64,000 nucleotides of DNA. Source: Chlorokybus atmophyticus (Eukaryota; Plantae; Mesostigma and Chlorokybus algae). The position numbers and the translations under genes were made by a program. A model generated the notes under the pieces. The model worked only from the letters and a program-made list of their open reading frames with translations. It searched no databases and was not told where the DNA came from. Location of the stretch: NCBI GenBank assembly GCA_009103225.1, contig RHPI01002069.1:2504846-2568845 (forward strand), read 5' to 3'. How positions within the stretch are numbered: the first letter of the stretch is position 1; every line of letters begins with the position of its first letter. Of this stretch, positions 1-16,138 are shown piece after piece.

Positions 1-330
1 AACCCTTAAGCTCCTTGCACTTGAGACCGGTTGCCTGAGGTGGCGGCAAAGTATGCTCTTGCTCCCGCACTCACTCCCATTGAACTCATCAAACGGATTA
101 CCCTCCCGCTGTGTACCGTTAGTTACAAATTCACCAATATCTGCTACTGGGCGATTGGAGAAGACACTCGGCATCGTCGACATTGTCTCAAGCCGCCGCC
201 GCCGCCAGCGGCTTACTCTCCCAACACGACCAATACGCCCACACAGGCGCTGATCAGCGGAAACATTTTTATATAAGTTGAATCGTGCGCTCCCTGCAAT
301 GGTCCGCCAAGACTGAACACAAAATGACTA

Positions 331-3300
331 GGGTAAAGTCGCCCTATTTCGTGATGTTTTGAGGTTATTTTGTAGTAACTTCCGTTGTGCTGCTTTCGGG
401 GCGGCATCCCTCATATTAAAGTAATATAGGAGATTATTAGCTACGCAACGCATGTGTTTTTGGATTTTTGTGCTCTACAGCGCCCGTCACACCCTCTCAA
501 AGTTCGGGGTGTAACGGGTGATGCCTGTTTTGCGAAATTGCCTAATTTCGTAAGTTGCTTTCGCATGCAAAATGGCTGCATACAGCCTAACTGTGCTGTT
601 AGCCACCTGCCTCATGCCGGGGCGGTTTGGCTGCATGCTTGCTGTAATCTGCAGCACTTGACAATGGCTGCAGCCAAGTTGTGGCGTGGCGCCGCCCACT
701 TTGGCGCCAAGTGCCATTGCTTTTGATGCCATAGCCAACGCAGTGGTTGGGGTGGAGGTTGGCGATGCAATTGGCCGCAAGCAAGCAAAGGTGAGCAGTA
801 GGTTGTGCACGCCTTGCATGCATGCATCACTCATACACTCCTGCATTAAAAGTTAGAAGGTGTTATGTATTTACGGCATGGTGTCCTCATGGTGTCCTAT
901 GTACAAAGTCCAGCTAGTCCTAAGGGTTGTTGCCTGGCGCAGCTCTCCGCCTTGCCTTCTTCTCACGCCAGCGTTGTGCACCTTGTCTTGCTTCAGGGAC
1001 AAAGGTTGGGTACAAAGCGTGTGGCGAACAACATCTCCGCCCAGTCTTAGAAGGTTCGCCCAGTTGGTTCATGCACTTGACAGGGTCCCAGCGGTAGCGT
1101 AGCCAAATAGCATCCGCCTCTCTCGCAGTGTGCTCCCGTCGCTCTTTCTCTAGCCGCTTCCCCTCTTCAACAGCTTGCTTGGCCAGAACCTTCTCTTTTT
1201 GTGTGCGCTCTCTTTCTTCTCTTGCTTGCTTAGCTGCTGCTTTTGCCTTCATTGCTGATGTCCTCTCTGCGTTGCGAGGACGCTCAGCCGCCTTAGATGC
1301 TGCAGTAGCTGCTGCTTCTTCTGCCTTACGCTTGTGTGCCTCTTTCCTTATCTGCACTGCTTCCTTGTCCGCTGCTGCCCTTGTTTATAACTCCTGTTGT
1401 ATTCTCTCTCAAACGCCTGGTTGCCTGTTAATAGCTTAGCAGCCTTGATTAGACGTTTGCGAGGGGGTGGTGCAGCAGGTTGTGTTTCAACAGAAGCGGG
1501 AGCTCCTTTGGCTTCTGAAGGATCAGCAGGGCTATCTCTCTCTCTGTTGATAGCGCAAAGCTGACAGGCCAGGGGTCTCCTGACGCAGAGGGAAGTACTT
1601 GTAACATGCATGCTTGTTGAGTGGGATGATGCCGCATGCTCAAAACCCAAAGATGATGTTGGTAGCAGAGAGGCCCTGCAGGTATGGTTGAGAAAGTAGG
1701 CTGAGGTACTCCCCCTTGCTGAGGTCTTTGTTGCTGCGTGTGTTCTGCCTCTCCCGGTAAACTTTCTTGTGGCATTTCCGGAATGGATGAAAGCACGACA
1801 CATCGAGCACCTGGAGCCTGTGCGTGGTATGGGGGGGTAGTACCATGATGTGCAGTCCTGCATTGCGTGCAAACTCCAACATGCTTGCATAATACCTGCT
1901 GATGTGGCCGTCCACAATCAGCAATGCAGGGCTTTTTGGGTTAACCCCTCTAGGAATGTGCGTGCACAGGTGTCCGGTCCACTTCTCGAAGATGAGCGTG
2001 GTCATCCATGCGTTCTCTTGGGGATAGAAAAGTGCTTCGGGCACTTTAAACTTTTTGGTCTCGGCTGAAGTAGGTTGGTACACACCTTTGACAATGCACA
2101 GTAGTGGTACGTTGAAGCCAGAACCAGTAACATCTGCCATAATGGTCACGTGTTGTCTGCTTCCTGTTGTCGCGCACTGAGCCCACTTGGCACCACTGCA
2201 CATGCACACAAACATTGTTAAGTGATCCCCATCGTGTGCATGCAACAATGCTCTCAATGTAACTGCAAGCTTACCGTTGGCAGATGATGTGTGTGTTCCT
2301 GGCAGCACTGTCTGGTTCCACTCCCACCTCGTTTGCACTAATGATCCTCTCAGGCTTGTTGGTGAGCTGCAGGTCCAGCAAAATGGCTTCCAGCAGATCA
2401 TAGAAGCTTTGCACAGCTTGAGGGTTCAAGCATACACGCCTAAACTTGTCCAGTCGTTCTGCCTTGCGGGACACAAGTTTCCACCGAGCACACAGCCCAT
2501 TAAACCACGTTTTGCCTGGACATTGCTGCTTTAACTCTCGTAGCCTTGAGTCTCCAGCAAAGCGCTTGGATACCTCCGCGCATATCTCCCCCCCGATGAC
2601 ACCACGTCCACAGTCATTCATAATCTTAGCCAAGTCGGCAATGTCCCTCTCCTCTTTGTAGGTGAGTAGCAAATCAGCCCCAGCTTTCCTACACGAACAG
2701 GCATATGCATATCAGAATGGCAGTGCATGTCACCGCAACTCTGCATGCTAATCAAACAGCATGGCTCTTACTTGTACTTTGCAGGGTCCACACCCCTCTT
2801 CACATAGTTGTGCATAGTGGAGTACGCCATGCCCAAGCTGCTGGCTGCCTCAGCAACAGACATACAACCTCGCTGCACAGCCTCAACTGCCCGTGCAATA
2901 CCTTCCTTCCTGCTGGCATGATCCTCGTAGGCCCCTCAAGCTGATGGCCCATTGATTCTGGCTTTGGCTCTTCTTGCTGCTCCTCTCTTAGCTTGCACAC
3001 GTTGGCTCTGCGGGGTAACAAGGTGTCAGCCAGCAACATGGTGGTCTGATGGCCTTCAAGGTCAAGGGATGACACGAGTGTGCACAACATGCATACCACC
3101 ACCACTTACCCGTGCAGGCTTGCGTGCCATAGTTTCTAGCAGTAGCCTCGACTCATCTTGTGCACCCTCAACGTGCAAAGCTTCTACACACCTCAATACT
3201 GCCTCCCAAGCGTGCACTCTTGTTCTAGCGTGGTAAACTAAGTAGCCTTAAGTTTGAGCTAATGCAACGCGTTACCCCCTACAATTTGAATGAGAGCCCC

Positions 3301-3647
3301 TCGCGCGCCACCGCCAAGAGCAGAATAGAACTTTGTAAACATGTTTATTATACCATCAGCTTCTATTCGCAACAAACTCCACTCAATGTAGCCATCAGAT
3401 GCAAAAGTTATGCACAACCAAACGTTTATGTGCATTTGGTTCATAAATGTGATGCCCAATCTGCTAGTTTGGAATTCTATATCTCCCGCCCCTGCTGGCC
3501 GTTTCGAGAGATTCAAGTTGCATTGAGAATGCCAGAACGGCCTCTTGCACGGTGCCAAATGGCAGCTCGAATGGCCGCCACACCGACCCAAAAAACACCA
3601 TTTATTAACGAAATAAAGGCTGGTTCCGAAATTAGGCGACTTCACCC
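331..3647 (-). mobile_element. Full-length pogo/Fot-like (IS630-Tc1-mariner) DNA transposon, degenerate
   Basis: TIR GGGTAAAGTCGCCCTATTTCG at 331-351 versus the reverse complement of 3627-3647 (GGGTGAAGTCGCCTAATTTCG), 18/21 identical. TA on both flanks (329-330, 3648-3649). Encloses DDE_1 transposase fragments. Confidence 0.88.
920..2672 (-). pseudogene. pogo-family DDE_1 transposase pseudogene (CENP-B HTH, DD35D catalytic domain, charged C-terminal tail)
   Basis: ORF 2271-2672 has an HTH-like region and IISANEVG (NxDETG with D replaced by N). ORF 1640-2401 has LIVDGHISR...VLPPHTTHRLQVLDVSCF, with 35 residues between the 2nd and 3rd D. Frameshift between the ORFs. K/A/E-rich tail at 920-1357. 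Confidence 0.88.
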
Positions 3648-4338
3648 TAACCACAGCAGCCTGTCAAAGCGCCTCGTTTCCGTCAGATCTTCGTCGACAT
3701 TCCGAATTTCACCGCGCCACATTCGCGTGCAGTCCGCACAGACAATAGGCCTACGCAGTCCTGGCAGCTAGCAGCCTGGCACACCCAGCGGCAGTGGCAG
3801 TACCCAGCGTTGACCAGTGGCGTTGGCGGCAACCAGGCGTTTCAAGGAAGGGCCCAGGCGGCTGCTGCCGTGCGTGCAATGTGAGGCGTTTGCAGGCACT
3901 GTGTGCAATCCTTGCTTGGAAAGTTTGGGTTGGACGGCAGGCATCTCATCATCTTATCATTGCATGATATGAGACCCGTTTTGTTCACACGACACCCCTC
4001 CTATTTGCACTTGACGTTGAAACTTCCTTTGGCGTTGAATGCAACTGCATTCAGGTAGGGCATAGAGTTCCATGCGTTGTATACGCTGTAAGTCTGTATG
4101 TGCTATTTATGAGATGCGCCTCAACCTAAACGGAGCTTTGCTGTGCGTACCAGCAACGCGGTGGTGAGTCGACATGGGGGAAGTGAATATAGCCCCTGAA
4201 GATCAGCACTTGATCCCTCAGGTAAGATTTGTATTGAGGCCAATGGGTTATGAGTTCCTCGTCAAACTGTTGTTGAGTTCAACTCCTCGGCGTTGCATGC
4301 TTTGCTTGGTTTCCTATGGTTGACATAGTTTACGACAG

Positions 4339-4782
4339 ATGTTGCGCTATCTATCCACAGTGCATATTGACGCTGACGACCCCGGACTGCTGGTCTCGTG
4401 GGAGCATAGAGCGTGTGCAGCGTTTGCTAACGCTGCCAATGGCCTTCCCGCTCAACAGCATCCTGGATGGGTGTCTACTCTGCCAGGCCAAATGACTGCT
4501 GAGAGTCTTCAGCTGGACATTGTCCATCACTTGATGGGACTTGGCGGTGGTGCTGCTTTCGGGCATATCCTTGTTGCCCCGAATACTTTGGAAGAGTTTG
4601 TGAGAGTTTGCATGAGAATAGGGAAGATAGAAGAGTCTGAGTTTGTTCAGCTGTGTATGGCGCAGCTTCCGGCTAACACTGTCCTGGCGCACCTCGGGGA
4701 CATAAAAGATCGCACCCAAGCCCGAGGCACCCCTTTCCTTCTGCCAGCAGCCATCCACGACGGCATCCCCGCGTTTGATTAG
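4339..4782 (+). CDS. Intronless ORF of unknown function (147 aa), possibly a retroelement gag-like remnant
   Basis: ATG-initiated ORF with ordinary globular composition. No motif recognised with certainty. Confidence 0.25.
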   Translation: MLRYLSTVHIDADDPGLLVSWEHRACAAFANAANGLPAQQHPGWVSTLPGQMTAESLQLDIVHHLMGLGGGAAFGHILVAPNTLEEFVRVCMRIGKIEESEFVQLCMAQLPANTVLAHLGDIKDRTQARGTPFLLPAAIHDGIPAFD

Positions 4783-5718
4783 GCTGTTACTTGAGTGGAT
4801 TTGTGTGTGTTTTTTTGTACATAGTTGCGCGCGTTAGCTTCATAGTTTAGTAGGTTGGTGTGGTTGTTGCAAAGATATGTTGCTATGAATAGGTGTGCAT
4901 ATTTGTAGCTTATGATGAGTGGGATAGCTGTATATATAGGCCTTGTTGCTCTGTAGCAATCTCAGTTGCTAGTGTCATACATTTGGTTTCTCGACATGTT
5001 TGTCTTGATGCACACTCGTTTGAGTCGACGTGTGCAGCGTGTATGATCAGTGGCAGTTCCGTCAGCAATTCGGAGTGTTGTGATGTAAGATTGTGTACTA
5101 AGCTGTTAGCTAAACAGCTAGTTTGTGTTACCTCGGATTGTGTTTGTGCGATGTGAAGGAATGCAGCCAGACTATGCGCTTAAGGAGATGTCCTTACAAT
5201 CAGCGCAACTGTTGCAACTTACTATACAGTGTTTTGATTCTCGAGATACTAATGACTATGTGCATACGGGAGTGGTCGGCAAGGTAAGTACAAGCAGCAT
5301 AGCAACACCCTACTCCACTATTGCCAGTGAGCGTCGTCTTGTATAATGTGTGTGAGAGCGTCATGCGACTTAAGAGCGTATGCCAGCAGCTCCACCCTAT
5401 TGCAATACACAGCCAAGTGTCCGAATTTCATGCACTACCGTAGCTAACAACATACCACATCCGCACACACCGTACCACACTATACGTTGCACAAGCTACT
5501 GCTTAGTGTTTTACCGCCTTTTGCAGCACACAACCTTACCTTACCATACTACAACAACTGATGCCCAACTGCATGCTGTGTTGGGGAAGGAGACCAACCA
5601 GATGTACTAAGTGCTAAACAAATATTGTGTAAATGGGAGATAGCATCCATCACACCAGTACAACCAGCCATAGTGTATCAATCCAATGAAATGACAACTC
5701 GACTGTATCCTACCTCAA

Positions 5719-9136
<3,418 letters not shown>

Positions 9137-12100
9137 ATGGCGCCGCGCACTGCTGCGGCGGCAACACCGGCGCCGGTGGAGCCGCTGGTGCCGGAGCTCT
9201 GCGGCCTGATCCTGGATTTCCTCAAGCAGCAGAAGCTCAGCAAGACGGCGACGGCGCTCCAGAAGGAAGTCAAGGCGCTCGTGGTGAGGTTTTGGTGGCA
9301 AGCGGTTCTATCAATTGACACTTGCATGCGTGGGTGCATGCGTGGGCAGCAGGCACCCACCGTTGGAGAAGTATTAGCGATTGGTAGTGAGCTTCCTGCT
9401 GCAATGTGGCACGCATACGAGGTTCCATTCATGCATGCCGTAGCTGCTTCCTGGTTTTGTGTCTCAGTGCAAGCTTTGTGTGACATGGCTAGCTCGTCCA
9501 GTCTAGCCGCTGGTCATCCAGTGCACTACCTTGCCGTTCATTGCCGCAATTCATTGCGCTCAGGCAAAGCCCGCAGGAGTTGAGAGCCTTCAGTCAGTGT
9601 ACACATCATTCCTCTCGCAAAGAAGGTGACACGAGACTGCTTTCTGATTTGCTCTGCCTGCATTGCCAAGGGGTTGCTCAGTTGCTTGCTTTTCGCTGTG
9701 CAGCATATGCGTGCACGTGGATGACGCTTGTTTGTGTGCAGCAGGCCGCAGGCGCCAGCACCTGCTGCAAATGAGGAGTCCTCCGAAGAGGAGAGTTCTG
9801 ACGATGAGTCTCCTGCTGCTGCGAAAGCACCCGTGAAAAAGGCTTCACTAACTGCATCAAAATCCCCAGTTGCCAAGCCTCCAGCCTTGGAAAAGCCTGA
9901 AGGCAGTAACAAAGACCCAGCTGCAACGACACCGTCTGCTAAGACACCAGTAAAGCCAACCAACCAGACGGCTGCTTCATCTTCGTCTGAAGAAGAATCT
10001 GATGAGGAGGAGAAGCCCACCACCACCACCATATCTGTCCAGCAGCCAGCTAAGGCGCCTGCTTCCAAATCTGTCAACGGAAAGGCTGAGTCTTCATCAG
10101 AAGAAGAATCTGATGATGAAGAGCCGACGACCACCATCTCTGTTCAGCAGCCACAACCTGTTGCAGCCCACCCAAGTAAGGTTGCTAGAGGGTGTCACAT
10201 GCCTCAGTTGTTTGCCATCCGCCATCGCTGCTGCTAGCATCATTTGTGATTCATACACATTTTAGTTGGCCTGAGGTTACATTATTATTGTTGTACAGGC
10301 ACACAAGCTGGTAGTCATCATGCCGCTCATCACAGAGGAACAACCTCTAAAGCAGCTGCAGTGGCGACACCAAACCATGTCACAGCTATAGCCAACAACC
10401 ATAGAGAGGAGTCCACCTCAGAAGACAACGATGAGGATGAGGACTCAGAGGAAGAGCCTGCAGCAAAAGCCAGAGCTGAGGCAACGCCAACCAGTGCAAC
10501 AGCCACAGCTTCAGCAAAGTCGGGACAAAACACCAACCACAAGCCTGTCGCGGCTAAGGAGAGCAGCTCAGAAGAGGAGTCTTCTGAAGACGAGGTTGAC
10601 AAGCCCGGGCAGGTGCGGTTTTGGTTCGTGTACAGCATTGCATAGTTACAGGGGCAAAGGATGACCACAGCAGAGTCTCGTTCGGCGTAATGGCAAACCA
10701 ACTGCCTTGCCGACTACCTACTGCTATATCACCACCCATCGGCTGATGCTCCCAACCACATATGTTACGTTCAGCATAGCATGTGTGTTAGTGTTCACAT
10801 CAGTACACGCATTGTCAGGCAGGACTCATAGTTACTGTCGTCCAAAGCAGGCCACTTCAGCACAAACACAGCCTGGTGGTGCTCCTGCAAAGGCAACAGC
10901 AAAAGAGGAGTCCTCGTCAGACGAGGAGTCCGACGATGAAGCGGATGATGAGAAACCTTCCACGGTGGCCAAAAAGGGCGTGCAGACTCCCGCTGCAAAG
11001 ATAGGGCCTCCTGCTGCTACAAACAAGGCAACACCAGCTGCAGCAAAGGGTAAGGCAGCTCCAGCGGCTGTCAAGGCTGGCACAAAGGCAACAGCGGCCA
11101 AGGTATGTGGATCACTGCCATTGAGGAACCATGTGATGACATGCTGCTAACAGTACCTGTTGTTGTGGCAGGCACAGCCGACAGCAGAGAGCAGCAGTGA
11201 AGGTAGTGACGAGGATGATGAGGAGGAGGACGAAAGCAGCTCTGATGAAGAGATGGAGGATGCACCAGCGGCTGCACCTGCCGCCGCTAATACCACAACA
11301 GCCAAGAGGAAAGCAGACGTAGTTGCAAGCAAGCCCGCGCAGCAAGCCAATGCTGCGCAACCCAGCAAGGCTGCCACTCCTGCAAAGAAGCAGGCTGAGA
11401 GCTCTTCCGAAGAAGAGTCCTCGTCAGACGAGGAACCTCCACCTGCAAAAAAGCTAAAACTAGCCAATGGAGCGCCTCACGCGAAAGCAAAGCCAGCAGG
11501 TTAGGATAGGTTGTGAAGTGTGCTTGCGTGTGTGCATGCAAGTCGTTCACAGAACCCTTCGACAACTGCGGGTTGTCATGCAGCTTCAAAGGCCCAGGAG
11601 TCCAGTTCTGAAGAGGAGTCTAGTTCCGATGATGAAGACGAGCAGCCAAGAAGCAAGGCTGCTCCTGCATCACAAGCACCAGCAACCAAAGCAATGTTGA
11701 CTAAGAACGGAGCTTCCAAAGCCGCCCAGCCTCAGAAGTCGTCTTCTGGTGCCGAACCCACCACTCCTCCTGCACAGACTGCACCACCTAACAAGACACG
11801 AGCCACACCCAAGACAGCACCTGCAAAAGCCACCGACAAAGCTGCAAGCAAGCCCGCTCCCCAAACAGCTGCCAAAGTGAGTGTTGCTTGTACATAAACA
11901 CAGCTTGCACGCCACTGAACATTCTTCAAACTTGCCAGCCAGAGCTACATGCACGTTACAATCCTTTGCAACGCAACAGCTAAGCCCTTCTTTGCCTAGC
12001 AGGCCGCCAAGTCAAAAGAGGGATCTGCAGCTCGTGCTTTCCAACGTGTTGACCCAAATGAGGTGACCACCACTGCCTTACATGTGCCGTCCTTGAGGTG

Positions 12101-12597
12101 TGTAGCTGCAAGATATTATTAGGTTAGTACTTGACTCAACTTTACGCTGCATATGTGCGCGGGCACGTGGTCCGAGCAGGTGAATTTTTATGATGATCGG
12201 CTGAAGGACAACTCTTACTGGGCAAAGGTAATGCTGACTGTTCAGGTTTTGCTCATGTGCTTATGCTTTCTCATGAGTTGAATTCGCGCTGGGCAACAAT
12301 TTTCGCACCTGTGCTTTGTGCTTAGGCGAGCATGCTTATCTGTTATTTGCTGTGGCAGGGCGGTGCTGAGACTGGGTATGGTGCGAAGGCGCAGGAGGTG
12401 CTTGGCGCCGTCAAGGGCAAGTAAGTGTGGCATGCATTTGCGGTTGTGACTGACTGGCCTTGACTCCTGTATTGTGGCTTTTCCTCCGCAGGAATTTCCG
12501 GCATGAGAAGACCAAGAAGAAGCGTGGCTCTTATCGGGGAGGCGCTATAGACCAGGGTGTGCATAGCATACGATTCAACAACTCTGGTTCTGAGTAG
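9137..12597 (+). CDS. NOLC1: Nucleolar phosphoprotein Nopp140/SRP40-like (LisH N-terminus, alternating acidic-Ser and Lys/Ala/Pro repeats, SRP40_C), multi-exon
   Basis: N-terminal [25 protein letters not shown] (LisH). Many [12 protein letters not shown] blocks alternate with K/A/P tracts. C-terminal exons spell AFQRVDPNE / [16 protein letters not shown] / [20 protein letters not shown] / [19 protein letters not shown], stop at 12595-12597. Confidence 0.92.
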
Positions 12598-14422
12598 CAT
12601 CAGGTATTGGGGAGGTTGATGTTTAGGTTAGTCTAGTTGTAGCTTGTGTGTGCTTAAGTGCAGCTGGCGGGTTGTCTTTCTACATATCTGGCAGCCTGTT
12701 CAAGCAGTAGTTGATGCAGTTGAACAGGCATATCCAGTAACACGGTGTCAGGTGTTATTAACTGTGTTCATTTGCCTGAAAGGCAGCTATGAAGGATTTT
12801 AGGACAATGTGGTGCAACTAAGCCTGCAACTGTGCTCAGCAACATTCTAGCATTACTGCATAGTCATGAACCGGCATATGTGTGTGCAGCAATTTGTGCA
12901 GCAACATCTTTAAGCAGCGCGGCAGTACAAAAATGACAAGAAGAGCGTGGGCAATTGGCATAGTAGAGCCTTGTCCTCGAAATGGATCCAGCTGTGGACC
13001 ATAATGTACATGAATCCAAGTACAATTGTGTGGTTAAGCAAAGAGTCAGACCCTCTTGTCACATATGGTTATGAGAGGTATTGACAATAATACCTTACAC
13101 TTTGCTTACATCACTTGCATTTTCTGTACACTGGAAGGCACGATGTGGGCCTTTATTGAGTCTTTGAGGATACAATCTGCACAAGTCATGCTTGAGGCCG
13201 TTGAGCGGCTACGTCACCACCTAGCGCTGCAGCACACCTATTAGGAAGTGCGGCATCGAGTGCAACGTCAGCCACAAACGGTCCATGTGCTTCAACAACA
13301 ATCACAAGTTCAAGTGCAATTGGACATGAACTCATGCATCATTCATCGTGTGCCAGACTAGCGTCGGGGTTAAGCAGCAGATGGCAGTTTTGCAGCATGG
13401 CACAATACTCCCGCCTAGGCGAGCCCCTCGCCTGGGCGGATCACATAAAAGGCATGCATACGACCTGGTAGCCAGCAGCGGATTGCAAGATGCATGAGTT
13501 GCGTCACGCGCATTGAGGGAAAGAGCACTGTCTCATCGCTTATCGGCTCACAAGCTAGGATTGGATACGTCAAGGGGGTGAGAGGGAAGGTGGCGCTGTA
13601 ATACAGAAAATGCGAGCGGGGTATGTGTGGGCGGCATAACGTACTTCTCATACATGCGCGCAACCACGTACAGAGTGGTGGCCACAGTAACACAGTCCAC
13701 TCTCAGGCAGCATCAGCATCTTCACTTAATCAAGTCAGCTCTGGCCCAGGTCTGGTTGCGGAAACTTACATCAAAGACCTACAACACGCATGTCAATTGT
13801 TCAAAGGTGTTGAGCCTGTCGCTGCAGCCAACAGGCAGGGGCCGTTCTTCTAGCGTTTGCAACTGAAGTTAGGCTGCAAACTGGCGAGGTCCTGCCAAGT
13901 ATGTGCGGCACGCATCGACACACGCACTACTACTACGCGATCGCGTATATCCGTTATCCCCTGCAACAGCGCTACGCACATGCATACAAAGCGCATCCCG
14001 AGCATGTGGCTCAAACCAACCTGCACGTGTCTGCATGCATGAGTATACAGGCGCACAGTGCTGCAAGCATATGGACACGGCCTGCCAGCGCTCTGCTGGG
14101 CAAGTTACACTTCAAAACTGATCAGCTATTGCTGTGTGCACACAGTGGCATGTGCATGTGCTGTGTGCACAGGCATGCACGTACTCACAAGGAACAACTG
14201 AACTAAACAAACAAGGATACCCAACTCCCACCTACAAGGTGCGCATCAATGCCAGACGCTCGCATTACACAGCACATGCACATTGCCACATGAGAACCTT
14301 GCCCACTCCTGCACTGACACTACCGCTTCAAGCACACACCCACAAACCCATGCACTCATCTACCATCGCACTAAGTGCCGCTAATGCTAATGCTACACTG
14401 CTGTCGTCAAGCACGCGTCCAC

Positions 14423-16091
14423 CTAGATAAACATAGAGCGAATGACATCCGGCACCTCCAACAGGCCGCTGCGTCCATAGTCTTGAAACAGCTCAAAGGA
14501 CGTCCGGAAGCGTTCTGCCGGGTCCTCTATCATGCTCAAGAGCGTGTACAACTGCTCCTGCAGCTGGGACGATGGCAAAATGGATCTCGCTTTCTTGAGC
14601 GGTTTCTGCAGATCTTCAGGCAAATCCTCAAGCTGTAGGTATTGGGATAGTAGCAGGTTCTCATGACCCTTCAGCATCTGTGCCTGCTTGGCATATGCTG
14701 CTTGCGGTGTGAGGTTTTCCCACACCCAGATGTCGTGATCACCCTCCAGCTGCATGAGGTGATGGGTGATACCGTCAGTCACATCAAGTATGAGAGGGTA
14801 TGCATTGACCGCACATGCTCCCAACAAGCTCAGAATCGCTTGCGCCTTGACACTACTGAATGTCAACCTCTCGCCAGACTGAGCCTGCACAACACCTTCG
14901 TTCCATGAGTCATTGCCACAGCCTTGTTGCAGAAGGAACAATCAACATATGTATGTCTTTCCGTGCATGCGCATGTGTGTATACATTCGTGCGTGCGTGC
15001 GGGTGCAGGTGTAGGTGTGTGACTGTGCGTGTATGTGTCAGCGCGTGCGTGGGTGCGCGCACTTGCGTGGTTGTGACCGTATGTGTGCATGCTTGCACCA
15101 GCTGCCCTGCACGTCTCAACATGTTGACACCTATGTACCCACATGCACGCACAACTCTTACCAGGCGCTTATGCTCATACACAATGCGGGCTGTGACGTG
15201 GCGCTGCTCTCGTACAAGCCATTTACAGCCAGGCATGCGTCAACTATCCCAGTGTAAACGGTTGCTCCGTCACTACTCAGGACTTGCCATTGCGAGTCGC
15301 TGACCGAATGTATGTCGTACATCTTGTACTTGTCTCCCCCGAACGGCACACCAAATTTGCTTAGCTGTTCTTGATGGTACTTCAGCAAAGCTATGGTGGC
15401 TGCGTTCTCGCTGGGAAACTCAGACCAGTCAAACGGTTCAACAATAATTTGTTTGTCTTTCTCTTCCAGTATGATGGGCCTCCTCTCATTGCCGGTCCGT
15501 AGCTCCATAGCCAACTTGCCCACCAAGCACATCACCTTTGACGAACTCACCTTACTGAACCCCTCCTGCGCAATGACCATGTGTCAGCATCAGGTGCAAG
15601 TCTGCAACGATGTGTTGAACTCAGGTACGTAAACACCCCTCCACAATCAGCAACACATACCAATGGTAACCAAGATCTACCTTGTTTTTGCTCTGAGCGC
15701 TGTGCAGCTCGGCTTGTAACTGTAAGACCTCTATCTGTTTCTGCGCTGCAACTTCTTGTTTCTGCGCTGCAGCTTCTTGTTTCTGCGCGGCAGCTTCTTG
15801 TTTCTGCGCGGCAGCTTCTTGTTTCTGCGCTGTATATCCTTCTTCCAGTGCTGCAGCTTGTCGTGCCTGCGCTGCAGCTTTCAGTCGCAGCGCTTCCAGC
15901 TGCCCCTGGATCTTTGACTTCTCTTCTGTCAGCGCTGCCAGCACCCGCCAAATGATGCTCCGATCCTCAATGTCAGCAGTCTGCAGCATGCCCTCATACC
16001 GCTCTATTCCATCCAAGCATTTCTGCTTTTCTGTCTGCAGATGTTGGATGTCGGAAGTAACATCATCAACCACGGCCGAAGCGCTCGCCAT
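14423..16091 (-). pseudogene. Crinkler/RHS-like gene: coiled-coil header plus PD-(D/E)xK (REase-fold) nuclease, one frameshift
   Basis: In-frame GT-AG exons 16091-15681, 15565-15162 and 14884-14423. Motif order TGIVD...(frameshift near 15195)...RIVYEHKRL / ...KAQAILSLLGA...PLILDVTDG. C-terminus is RSMFI*. Confidence 0.6.
15752..15830 (-). repeat. 21-bp coding tandem repeat (AQKQEAA)n
   Basis: About four copies of CTTCTTGTTTCTGCGC(T/G)GCAG inside ORF 15621-16091. Confidence 0.9.
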
Positions 16092-16138
16092 CGAAATCTG
16101 CGTGTGCCAAGCAGCAATTGCATGAATTAATGAATGCT

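Noticed and set aside
14860-15303. Cys/Val/His-rich ORFs here and in similar introns (for example 56777-57490 and 60238-60492)
   Set aside because: They arise from intronic (GT/CA/GC)n tracts or antisense frames of real genes.
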